Of a stretch of DNA of 64,000 nt, positions 8,821 through 17,697 are shown in pieces. The stretch is from the NCBI GenBank assembly GCA_041645165.1, contig JBAZQN010000007.1, forward strand, positions 8,318 through 72,317, in the 5' to 3' direction. Under the pieces are notes generated by a model. The model made no database searches. It saw only the letters and a program-made list of their open reading frames with translations, and had not been told where the DNA came from. Numbering within the stretch: the first letter of the stretch is position 1; each line of letters opens with the position of its first letter. This stretch comes from Patescibacteria group bacterium (GTDB lineage Bacteria; Patescibacteriota; Patescibacteriia; 2-02-FULL-49-11). Position numbers and translations under genes: made by a program.

Positions 8821-9477
8821 CTCCCTCACTCTCGGCACGAGCACGTTCCTCCGCCAGAGCTTGATGCCGCCCCAGCCGAACGCAAACCCGCCGATGTGGG
8901 CAAAAAATGCCACGCCGCCGCCCACGATGCCGAGGCTGCCGATGCCGGAGATAAATTGGAAAAAAATCCAGTACAGGAGCATCATGCGCGCGGGCACGGT
9001 TTCCCGCGACAGCATGAATCCCCATGTCCAGAGCACGTCAATCCGCTCATGGGGAAATAACACAAGATAGCCTCCCATCACGCCCGCGATCGCGCCCGAG
9101 GCGCCGAGCATTGGAATCGTGGAAGCAGGGCCCATGACGATTTGGAGCGCGCTCCCCGCAACACCTGCGGCCAAATAAAATATCAGGTACTTTACATGCC
9201 CCAACCGGTCTTCGAGGTTGTCCCCGAAAATGTTTAAAAACAGCATATTGCCGATGATGTGAGCAAATCCTCCGTGGAGAAACAGGGATGTGAAAAGGCT
9301 CACTAAATTCACGCCGCGGATAATGTCATAAGGCGTCACCGCATACCTTCCCACAAACGCCTCAAGCCCGCTGCCCAATGAGAGCATATACGCAAACACG
9401 GCCACATTCGCGCCGATGATGCCGTAAGTCACGTAAGGGAATTTGCCCGAAGGGGTATGATCGCGGATAGGAATCAT
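8818..9477 (-). CDS. Rhomboid family intramembrane serine protease
   Basis: FLHGG..HIIGNM, GASGAIAG and AHIGGF motifs. Confidence 0.95.
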   Translation of the reverse strand: MIPIRDHTPSGKFPYVTYGIIGANVAVFAYMLSLGSGLEAFVGRYAVTPYDIIRGVNLVSLFTSLFLHGGFAHIIGNMLFLNIFGDNLEDRLGHVKYLIFYLAAGVAGSALQIVMGPASTIPMLGASGAIAGVMGGYLVLFPHERIDVLWTWGFMLSRETVPARMMLLYWIFFQFISGIGSLGIVGGGVAFFAHIGGFAFGWGGIKLWRRNVLVPRVRE

Positions 9478-9493
9478 ACATCAGCAATAAATC

Positions 9494-9925
9494 CTAAACA
9501 GGATTTAGAATTTTTTCACTCACCTTTCTCCAACGAGCGCAATATTCATTTACCGGAATATAGGTGATGCCCAGCTTCGGGTACACATCTTCCGCATCCT
9601 GCACACGGTCGTCAATGGCGAAAGAGATACCTTCAGGCAATTTCGCTTTGTATCCCCCTACCACAAGTTCGCCTTCCGGAAACCCGTGCTTTTGAAGCCA
9701 CTCCTGATACACGCCGCGCTGGTCTTCACCGCGGTGTCCGAGATAGACGAGGCTGAACCGCTCATGCATGACCTTGCAGAATTCAACCGCGCCCTCAACC
9801 GGCAAAGATTCTATTAAACGCCGCAGGTAGCCTGAATCGTGTTTGGTGACCTTAAGATAAAGAATGGCCCGATCGTCCAGAATCGTGCCTTCGAGATAAA
9901 TAAGAAGTTTTGGTTTAATTATCAT
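9494..9925 (-). CDS. HAD-like fold hypothetical protein
   Basis: Degenerate motif I (YLEGTI), WL..HGFP and AIDDR. Confidence 0.5.
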   Translation of the reverse strand: MIIKPKLLIYLEGTILDDRAILYLKVTKHDSGYLRRLIESLPVEGAVEFCKVMHERFSLVYLGHRGEDQRGVYQEWLQKHGFPEGELVVGGYKAKLPEGISFAIDDRVQDAEDVYPKLGITYIPVNEYCARWRKVSEKILNPV

Positions 9926-10106
9926 AATTATGACATGAAGATTCTAGATTATTACCAATCTGTCTTTGCTCTCCCCCTTAAGATAAGGGGGACTTAAAAG
10001 GGAGTTATGAAAACTTGCTAAAATTTCTATTACCTCTATCCTACCACATTCCCCGCCACTTAAGCAAAAACACCCTTTGAGGATTTTCGCGATCAATCAA
10101 CCGCAT

Positions 10107-10135
10107 TGTCATTCCCGCGAAGGCGGGAATCCAGA
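10107..10135. repeat. GTCATTCCCGCGAAGGCGGGAATCCAG REP-like hairpin
   Basis: ATTCCC-N8-GGGAAT palindrome; variant copy at 25149-25180. Confidence 0.75.
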
Positions 10136-10290
10136 AATCACCATACTCACGTAATCACTCAACCTACAAGCTTCCTCACCCTCACCTTTGTACTACCATC
10201 ACTAGGTCTCAAATCTTTCATCTACCTCTCTGTCCTATTCAAAATGACCAAATATCAATTATCAATAATAAAACTTATGCTGGATACAAG

Positions 10291-10324
10291 GACAATTAAT
10301 CTCACGATCGTGAAAATAATTGTT
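10291..10324. repeat. Solo copy of the ~34-bp ACGATCGT-centred palindrome
   Basis: GACAATTAATCTCACGATCGTGAAAATAATTGTT. Confidence 0.85.
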
Positions 10325-10770
10325 CTCTCTTCTCTAAAATAACTGCTTATTGAGTACTACTCTTGCGCAACCCTCTGCACTCAACTCCTTCAGTGAGGTT
10401 GCCTGCAAAAAAGTGTCTCGGAGGATTTGCGGGCACGGTCTCCGACCTCACGTCGGAGGAGCAAATCCGAGAGTCAAGTGGCCAACTCCTCGCAGGGGAA
10501 TTGGACCGCGTCTTTTTCTGCAGGCAATCCGAACGCTAGCCCCCATTGCTCCATTGCCAATTATGAATCGGGACGCACTCCAAAATCCTCCCCCTATGGC
10601 TTCGCCATATCTTGATGATAAAAAGAGGGAGGTTAGGTGAGGGTGTCTGTCGCAAATAAGTATATGCCACTTTTCCCATTGCCCACACCATAATTTTCTG
10701 TTAAGGTAACTTAATCCAAAAACTTAATAAACAGTGAACTTTTAAAATTTATCCAAAGAAAGGACGGTGT

Positions 10771-11046
10771 GTGATGACAAGGGTATATGTCGTTAAAAGC
10801 GACCACTCATTGGCTCAACTTGTCTTCCCTCCAAGACAAGGGAGAAATAATACCCTGCGGAAACGTGTCAGTGGTATAGTCAAGACCGCAGAGTTCCGCG
10901 GGATATTTTCAGGAGGGGAATATGGAGTTTTTCGTCAAAATGATGGGCAGTACATCGGACGGGCTCAACATGACTACGTAAAATTAATCGAATTCTGTAC
11001 CAAACACAATGGAGGTAAGGCACCGAAAAGTATTTATGTAGTGTAG
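10771..11046 (+). CDS. Hypothetical protein (91 aa)
   Basis: AAGGA SD upstream; same strand as purB; no recognised motif. Confidence 0.5.
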   Translation: MMTRVYVVKSDHSLAQLVFPPRQGRNNTLRKRVSGIVKTAEFRGIFSGGEYGVFRQNDGQYIGRAQHDYVKLIEFCTKHNGGKAPKSIYVV

Positions 11047-11084
11047 TAAAACAAATAACCTTTTTAAAAGAAAGGAGGGATCAA

Positions 11085-12380
11085 ATGATCCCACGTTATA
11101 CGCGGCCAGAAATGGGGGCGATCTGGGACGACATATATAGATTCCGCACATGGCTCAAAGTGGAGCTTGCGGCCTGTGAAGCATGGGCCGAACTTGGCCA
11201 CATACCCGAAGATGACTTGGAGGAAATCAGGACCAAGGCTCGGTTTGATGTGGAGCGGATTGCGAAAATCGAGAATGAAGTCAAACACGACGTCATCGCT
11301 TTCTTGACTAATGTGGCGGAGTATGTCGGCCCTTCGTCCCGATTCATCCATCTTGGTATGACCTCTTCCGATCTGCTGGATACCGCTCTGGCTTTGCAGA
11401 TGAAAGAGGCTGGAGAAATAATTGAGCAAGACATTCTCACTCTACGGAAGGTGTTGCGTGCGCAAGCGATTGCGCATAAAAACACAATCTGCATCGGGCG
11501 CTCTCACGGCATTCATGCAGAACCTACTTCTTTCGGCCTCAAGTTCGTTCTATGGCATGATGAGATGGATCGTAACCTTGATAGGTTACAACGTGCCATC
11601 GAAACCATATCCGTTGGGATGATGTCGGGAGCGGTCGGCACGTATGCTTTTTTGGATCCCCGGGTGGAGGAAATAGTCTGCCAGAAGCTTGGACTGAAGC
11701 CTGCCCGTATTTCCACCCAAATTATTCAACGTGACGTGCACGCCGAGTTCATGACGACGTTAGCCTTACTCGGCTGCAGCGTAGAAAAGATCGCGGTTGA
11801 GATACGCCACCTGCAAAGAACAGAAGTTTTGGAAGCCGAAGAGCCTTTTGCGAAGGGTCAGAAAGGGTCTTCGGCCATGCCGCATAAGCGCAATCCCATT
11901 GGCTGCGAAAATATTTCCGGTTTAGCCAGATTGCTGAGAACCAATGCTTTGGCAGCCATGGAAAACGTCGCGCTCTGGCACGAACGGGACATCAGCCATT
12001 CTTCGGTGGAGCGAGTCATTCTGCCAGATAGTTGTATTCTGGCAGATTACATGCTGGCACGGATGACCAAGATTCTCGAGAATCTGGTCGTCTACCCGGA
12101 TAATATGCTGGCAAACTTAAGATTGACGCGAGGCTTGATTTTTTCACAACCTGTTCTCTTGGCTTTGACACAAGCAGGAATGAGTCGTGAGGAGGCGTAT
12201 CAAATCGTGCAGACACACACAATGGCCTGCTGGCAAGAACGGAGCGATTTCAAGGCGGTCATTTTGGCCGATCGACGCATTACAAAATTGCTAAAGCACG
12301 ATACAATTGAAGCCTGCTTTGATGAGACCATTGGTCTCAAGCATGTCGATTACATCTATAAAAAGGTCGGCCTTTTATAG
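11085..12380 (+). CDS. purB: Adenylosuccinate lyase
   Basis: MIPRYTRPEM, HDVIAF, GRSHGIHAEP and the GSSAMPHKRNP signature. Confidence 0.98.
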   Translation: MIPRYTRPEMGAIWDDIYRFRTWLKVELAACEAWAELGHIPEDDLEEIRTKARFDVERIAKIENEVKHDVIAFLTNVAEYVGPSSRFIHLGMTSSDLLDTALALQMKEAGEIIEQDILTLRKVLRAQAIAHKNTICIGRSHGIHAEPTSFGLKFVLWHDEMDRNLDRLQRAIETISVGMMSGAVGTYAFLDPRVEEIVCQKLGLKPARISTQIIQRDVHAEFMTTLALLGCSVEKIAVEIRHLQRTEVLEAEEPFAKGQKGSSAMPHKRNPIGCENISGLARLLRTNALAAMENVALWHERDISHSSVERVILPDSCILADYMLARMTKILENLVVYPDNMLANLRLTRGLIFSQPVLLALTQAGMSREEAYQIVQTHTMACWQERSDFKAVILADRRITKLLKHDTIEACFDETIGLKHVDYIYKKVGLL

Positions 12381-12471
12381 GCGCGACTGCATTTAGGGAG
12401 GTGATAAGAAAAATAAAAACTCAAAACCCGGGGGATTTTCAAGTCATGACAAGTAACTGGGAGATAGTAAA

Positions 12472-13785
12472 ATGAACCCATTCGAAAAAGATACAATGAT
12501 AATCGAGGGTAAGACTAAGAAGGTTTATTACGTCAAAGGCAACGAACACCTTGCCATTTTTGAAAATAAACCAGACGTCACAGCCTTCGATGATCCCAAA
12601 TTCACTAAACAATTCGAAGCAAAGGCCACATACGCCACGACCACAACCTGCCGCGTATTCGAGCTATTGAAAGATGCTGGCATCCCTGTAGCATACAAGC
12701 AACGACTATCTGCTTCTGAGTTTCTTGCCTTACGTTGTAATATGATCCCATTAGAAGTGGTTGGCCGTCGACTTGCAGTGGGTAGTTATCTTAAGAGACA
12801 TCCAGAGCTGGCACTTGATGGCGCCTTACCACCTCATCGTTTCCACCGTCTTGTTGCAGAATTCTTTTTAAAAACTACTGGCGGCAAGTTAATTGGACGA
12901 GATGGCGAAATTCTTATTGAAGGATTGGATCCGTCAAAAGGGGAAGAGGATCCGTTTATACCCAATCCGTTCGAACCGGTATGGCAACTCTTCCACTCCA
13001 AAAAGCCAACTTGGGACAATTCTGCCAACCTTGAGCGTACCCTAAGATGCGATTCCGTTGCAGGGACGAGCATGATGCAAGAGATGGAAAAAATTCTCCG
13101 CCGGGTTTTTTTCGTCCTTGAAGGAGCATGGAATACACTTGGTTATCGTTTAGTTGATCTGAAAATTGAATTCGGTATCACAACTGACGGAAATTGCCTC
13201 GTTGTTGCCGATGTAATTGACAACGATAGCTGGCGTCTTCGCGATGCAACCTGGCAAGAGTTAAGCAAACAGCTCTTTAGGGAAGGAGCAGCCTTGGACG
13301 AAGTTGAAGAAAAGTATGGCTTTGTAGCGAGCCTGGTTGAACGATTTCGAATTCCTAAACAAGTCATGGTTTTATGGCGTGCCTCAACGAAAGATGATTT
13401 CCCAATAACTGGAATCCTACCAGGAGTCGAAGTTCAACAGATAACTTTGTCTGGACACAAATACCCGCAAGTATGCTTAGACAAGTTAGAGGAAATAATG
13501 CGTAATTACCCAGACGGTGGAGCTATCGTAGTAAAAGTGGGAATGAGTAATGGACTGGGACCAATGTTGGCCGCACGTACAACCTGGCCAGTTATTACCA
13601 TTCCCGCATCCACAAAGGATGCCCCAAGCGATGTGTGGAGCTCTTTGCATCTGCCATCACTTGTTCCGATGGCAACCATCCTATCTGATAAAAATGCGTT
13701 TGATTTTGCTCTTAATGTACTGTCTGCTAAAAATCCTGCGGTGTATATGCATCGTCAATTCGCAAATGAACAACTCGATAAATAG
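12472..13785 (+). CDS. purC: Bifunctional SAICAR synthetase / AIR carboxylase (PAICS-like PurC-PurE fusion)
   Basis: EGKTK, EVVGRR.AVGSYLKR, DLKIEFG and ADVIDNDSWRL, then PurE-like SGHK and GMSNGLGPML...PVI. Confidence 0.88.
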   Translation: MNPFEKDTMIIEGKTKKVYYVKGNEHLAIFENKPDVTAFDDPKFTKQFEAKATYATTTTCRVFELLKDAGIPVAYKQRLSASEFLALRCNMIPLEVVGRRLAVGSYLKRHPELALDGALPPHRFHRLVAEFFLKTTGGKLIGRDGEILIEGLDPSKGEEDPFIPNPFEPVWQLFHSKKPTWDNSANLERTLRCDSVAGTSMMQEMEKILRRVFFVLEGAWNTLGYRLVDLKIEFGITTDGNCLVVADVIDNDSWRLRDATWQELSKQLFREGAALDEVEEKYGFVASLVERFRIPKQVMVLWRASTKDDFPITGILPGVEVQQITLSGHKYPQVCLDKLEEIMRNYPDGGAIVVKVGMSNGLGPMLAARTTWPVITIPASTKDAPSDVWSSLHLPSLVPMATILSDKNAFDFALNVLSAKNPAVYMHRQFANEQLDK

Positions 13786-14044
13786 AAGAAAAAAGGCGGA
13801 CACGGAGTGAGGAACCTTGTCCGCTTTGCCATTTTTAAGCCCCCATTTCACCCTCTCCAATATCTTCTTTCTTCCCCTCTACCGCTTTCGTCCGCTTTCG
13901 TCCGTCTCAACCAGCACTAAAATCTAAACCAACACTAAAAACGAAAGACAATTAATCTCACGATCGTGAGGATAATGTCCCTTCCTGTACATTACCTCTC
14001 TCGACAATATCACATTTCCATAAAATTTTCTGTCCATATTCATA

Positions 14045-14214
14045 TGAAGCTCCGCGGGCTTACACCCGCGGTGTCTTCCTCAACAGGAGATCCGGCGGAA
14101 TCCGCTTTAAGCTGCCTGCCGCCTTCGTCCCGACATGTTGGGACTTCGGCGGGTCCGCAATCCCGCATTCATCCGCGTATCTTACGCCCGCGGTTTTTTG
14201 CGGAGGCGGATAAA
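14045..14214. mobile_element. Non-autonomous IS200/IS605-like palindrome-ended element
   Basis: Starts TGAAGCTCC+hairpin and ends GCATTCATCC+hairpin+TGCGGAGGCGGRTAAA; second copy at 50569-50722. Confidence 0.65.
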
Positions 14215-14698
14215 GTGAAAACATCAATGATTATAAGTATTCAGAAATGAATTTCAATGAATGCCGACGACAATTAAAAATACGATCGTGACAATAATGT
14301 CCCCTTGTCTTTCCCCACTTCCCGAATATGCCATCTTCCTACTTCTATTATTGCCTTTTTCAAGAGAGCAATTAATTCTACGATTCAGCCGACTGAAGCC
14401 ACAAGGCCACTATGGCGAAATTGGCTCACCCGCCTGCCAACGCCTGTCAGCAATGAACGGTGACATTCATCACGTTGTTATTATCCCTGACCAACATAAC
14501 GTTCCCCGGGAAAGGCAGATGGCGGGCAGGTGACAATAATGTCCCTCCTATTTCCCCTTCATCGCCAGTTCTTTCCATTTCTCGTATCTCACCTCTTCCC
14601 TCCACGCCCAATATTCTATACTATAAAGAGCGCAATTATTTTCACGATCGTGAAAATAATGTCCCTTCACCTTTTTCTATTTTCCTTGCGTCGCATTA

Positions 14699-15250
14699 TT
14701 ACAGCCCAAACATCTTTTCCGCCTGCGCCATACCGTCAAAGTAGTCTGCCCGAATGTAACGGACATACTTCCCCACCTTGTAGTACGCCGTGGTCGCATT
14801 AATCTCGTCCTGACATTCATACGGATAAGCCCACACGCTTAAATTCACGTAACGGAATCCGAGATCACGGAGTTTTTTCCGGAATGCATCGCGCGCGCGG
14901 CGAAAATCTTCAGGAATATCAAACACGACTATACGCCATTTCCCGTCCCAGTGGGGAGGTTTCATTATGGTAATCGAATCGATCGCTCTTCCTTTCAATA
15001 CCTCCTTCCCCCTCTGGGTGAGCCGATACTCCCATGCGGTACGTTTACTGCTCACCCGCTCCACATACCCTTGTCGCTCGAATCTCCGCAGCGTGCGGCG
15101 CAGCGGTTTGCGCGGAATCGAATAGCGATTCGCACCCATGCCGAAGAGCTGCACTGCATTGGGCGCCATAACAGCCACGGTGAGCATTCCAATGCCCTCA
15201 AGAATTTTCCAAATGGTATCAGCGTACGCTTTTCCTTTCTTGGGTCTCAT
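14699..15250 (-). CDS. PaaX-like protein (winged HTH plus Cas2-like ferredoxin domain)
   Basis: LRRFERQGYV...YRLTQRG wHTH; WDGKWRIVVFDIPE..R..RD.FR.KL..LGF....SVW.YP. Confidence 0.88.
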   Translation of the reverse strand: MRPKKGKAYADTIWKILEGIGMLTVAVMAPNAVQLFGMGANRYSIPRKPLRRTLRRFERQGYVERVSSKRTAWEYRLTQRGKEVLKGRAIDSITIMKPPHWDGKWRIVVFDIPEDFRRARDAFRKKLRDLGFRYVNLSVWAYPYECQDEINATTAYYKVGKYVRYIRADYFDGMAQAEKMFGL

Positions 15251-15512
15251 AAAAGTTGTAAATAAGTTACATTTTCATTCCCTAAAAAGAAGCGGCAAGA
15301 ATAAGAGCGATATGGTAATATTACTACGATATTATTTAAAAGACAATTAATGTCACGAGCCAACTTCGCCATAGTAGCCGATGGCTACGTCGGCTGAATC
15401 GTGAAAATAATTGTCTTCTTGCCAGTCTCTCTTTTATGGTATTTATGGTATAGTGAAATCCCAGATTGTAATGATTCTAGCCTTTTTTCGACTACTGATA
15501 ACGTAAAAAAAC

Positions 15513-16058
15513 ATGCCTCCCGAACCAATACCAACTCGCGACAAGGAACTTGAGGAGCGTTTTTTGGCTGCGTATGACGCCCAGGTGAAATCCATTTTCC
15601 GCTACATCTACTACCGCACTGGCCAGGAAAAAGAGGAAACGCAAGAGCTCACGCAGGAAGTATTCATGCGCACATGGGCGTACCTGCAAGAAAATAAGCG
15701 CCCCATCGACGACATCCGCGCTTTCCTCTTTCAAGTGGCCCGCCATGTCATCGCGGACCGGTGGCGCAAACACAAACCTGCGCTTTCCCTCGAAGAGTTA
15801 TCTCCTCAAGAAGAGCCTGCCACCCCGCCGCTCCCGCACGCATCCCTCGACCTTCTCATCCTTGAACAGCACCTTTTGAAGCTCCCCGTACGCCACAGGG
15901 AAATATTAACGCTGCGCTTTATCAGCGACCTCTCGACTGAAGAAACAGGGCGCGTTCTCGGCATTAGCGCGAATAATGTGGCAGTACTCACCAATAGGGC
16001 GATTAAAAAATTAAGAAAATTACTTCCCACTACCATGCATGATGTATTGGATGCATAA
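15513..16058 (+). CDS. ECF-type sigma-70 factor
   Basis: Region 2 ELTQEVFMRTW...FLFQVARH..AD; region 4 EILTLRF..LS.EETG.VLG. Confidence 0.92.
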   Translation: MPPEPIPTRDKELEERFLAAYDAQVKSIFRYIYYRTGQEKEETQELTQEVFMRTWAYLQENKRPIDDIRAFLFQVARHVIADRWRKHKPALSLEELSPQEEPATPPLPHASLDLLILEQHLLKLPVRHREILTLRFISDLSTEETGRVLGISANNVAVLTNRAIKKLRKLLPTTMHDVLDA

Positions 16059-16077
16059 TTTACCGCATTAAATTATA

Positions 16078-16296
16078 ACAAATTTTCAATTTTCAAATAC
16101 CAATTTTCCCGCCTGCCAACGCCTGTCAAGGGGGACGGTAACATTCTTAAGGTAAAAATTCTCCCTCATATACGGCACGTTCCCGGGGGAAGGCTGTGGC
16201 GGGCAGGCAATTAATTTTCAATATCACAATGTTTGAACATTAGGTCATTGGGATTTATTTGAAAATTGAGAATTGAAAATTGAGAATTGAAAATTA
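16078..16296. repeat. 7-nt periodic hairpin element (copy C) with a nested 100-bp CCCGCCTGCC...GGCGGGCAGG element (16108-16207)
   Basis: aattttcaattttcaaataccaattttc[insert]caattaattttcaat...ttgaaaattgagaattgaaaattgagaattgaaaatt. Confidence 0.8.
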
Positions 16297-16302
16297 CACA
16301 TT

Positions 16303-17451
16303 ATGGATCCTCTCGAACAACAACTTAAATCCCTGAATTCCTCGCCTGCGAGCGAGCCTGATCCGCAGTGGGTGGCGAGCGCGCGCACGAAACTTGCGTG
16401 GACGATGGAATATCCAGTACAAGGAGCGCTACCGCGCGCCACTCCCCTGCCGCGCCTGCGCTTCGGGCTGCGCAGAATATGGATGACGGTTTCAATATCG
16501 CTCCTCGTGGTGCTCCTCCTAGGGTCAGGCATCACGTACGCGGCGCAGGGCGTCATGCCGGATAACATCCTCTATCCGGTAAAAATTGCAAGCGAAGAAG
16601 TTCTCCTTGGCGTCACCAAAGATCCCGTACAACGCACCAACCTTGAACTGCGGCTTGCCAACCGCCGCGTTGACGAACTCCAAGCACTCTCGCAATCGGA
16701 AACATTAGACGCAGACATTGCAGCAGAACTGCACGCGCGTTACCAAAAGCATATCACTGAAGTCCTGCAGGCACTTCCCACCATACCCCAAGACAAAGTG
16801 CAAACGGTCACGGAAACGCTTTCCCAAGATACAGAAGAGCACGCGCGCATTACGCAAGAGCTGGATGTGCGCGCCTCATCCGAGATCAAAGGAGAAATCA
16901 AAGCATCGGTAAAGGCATCACTTGAGCAGATGCGGCAATTCACCGAAGAAACCTCGCGCGCCGCTCACTACTTGAAAGAAAAGAGCAACCGGCCTACGAA
17001 ATGGAAGGTGAAGGTTGAGACGAACACGACAGGCGAAGCCCATGTAAAAGTTGAGACCGAAATGGGGAATAATGAAAAAAAGGAAAAACGCGAAATAGAG
17101 TTTCGTGCCACGCCGGGAGTGCCGCTCACCGTGACCTCAACCTGGCCCATGATAAAGGAGCGGCGCGAGAAAAAAAATGACGAGGAAACTGAAGATCAAG
17201 AGCCCTCACGCGTGCGCGCCACCACAACGATAATATTTGACCTTGACCAAGCGACCACCACCGTGCCTTCAAACACCATTGAACAGCTTGAAAAGATGAA
17301 ACGTATCCTCAATAAAGGATCCTTCTTCCAGTTCCAGTCCGATATGAGCGCGGAGGGCGGCAGCGTCGAACAGCGCGTGGAAACCGATATTAAAGGACAA
17401 TCACACATCCGCGTTGATTCACAGGAGGATTCTCAAGAGGACGATGATTGA
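16303..17451 (+). CDS. DUF5667-type membrane protein, probable anti-sigma partner
   Basis: Single TM helix, then AA..VMPD..LYPVK..SE and A.RRV.EL motifs; follows the ECF sigma. Confidence 0.75.
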   Translation: MDPLEQQLKSLNSSPASEPDPQWVASARTKLAWTMEYPVQGALPRATPLPRLRFGLRRIWMTVSISLLVVLLLGSGITYAAQGVMPDNILYPVKIASEEVLLGVTKDPVQRTNLELRLANRRVDELQALSQSETLDADIAAELHARYQKHITEVLQALPTIPQDKVQTVTETLSQDTEEHARITQELDVRASSEIKGEIKASVKASLEQMRQFTEETSRAAHYLKEKSNRPTKWKVKVETNTTGEAHVKVETEMGNNEKKEKREIEFRATPGVPLTVTSTWPMIKERREKKNDEETEDQEPSRVRATTTIIFDLDQATTTVPSNTIEQLEKMKRILNKGSFFQFQSDMSAEGGSVEQRVETDIKGQSHIRVDSQEDSQEDDD

Positions 17452-17486
17452 ATTAAAAACCGTTATCATTAATCCAGGTTCAGCAC

Positions 17487-17542
17487 TGTAGCGTGGCAGT
17501 TTATCTGCCACAGAGGTGGTCGGAGACAAGCTCCGACGCTAC
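17487..17542. repeat. Pair of inverted GTAG-type REP elements
   Basis: GTAGCGTGGCAGTTTATCTGCCAC ... GTCGGAGACAAGCTCCGACGCTAC; same units at 37876-38083. Confidence 0.7.
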
Positions 17543-17567
17543 AAAATGATCCAATACAATATAACAA

Positions 17568-17593
17568 CAGCACCCCGCATTTGCGGGGTGCTG
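17568..17593 (-). terminator. Hairpin between the convergent DUF5667 and HU genes
   Basis: cagcaccccgca-tt-tgcggggtgctg. Confidence 0.6.
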
Positions 17594-17697
17594 CCTGTTT
17601 ACCGCGGTACCGCGGCTTTCTTTCTTTTCTCACACGGATTCCTCTACTTTCTAGGAATCCCTTGTGGTTAAAGGATATGTTCGCTTCACGCATTGTC

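Larger units (their letters stand above)
13947..15415. repeat. Array of ~33-34-bp palindromes (13947-13979, 14269-14301, 14367-14543 interrupted, 14631-14663, 15342-15415 interrupted) around a PaaX/Cas2-like gene
   Basis: Consensus GACAATTAWTYTCACGATCGTGAMAATAAT(T)GTC read directly from the five copies. Confidence 0.88.

Noticed and set aside
13947-14663. Canonical CRISPR array next to a cas2
   Set aside because: Spacers are long and uneven, repeats are fully palindromic and degenerate, a solo copy lies 3.6 kb away, and no cas1 or effector is present. Reported as a non-canonical array instead.
14429-16207. DGR template/variable repeat pair
   Set aside because: Differences are not adenine-specific, neither copy is in a coding 3' end, and no reverse transcriptase is present.
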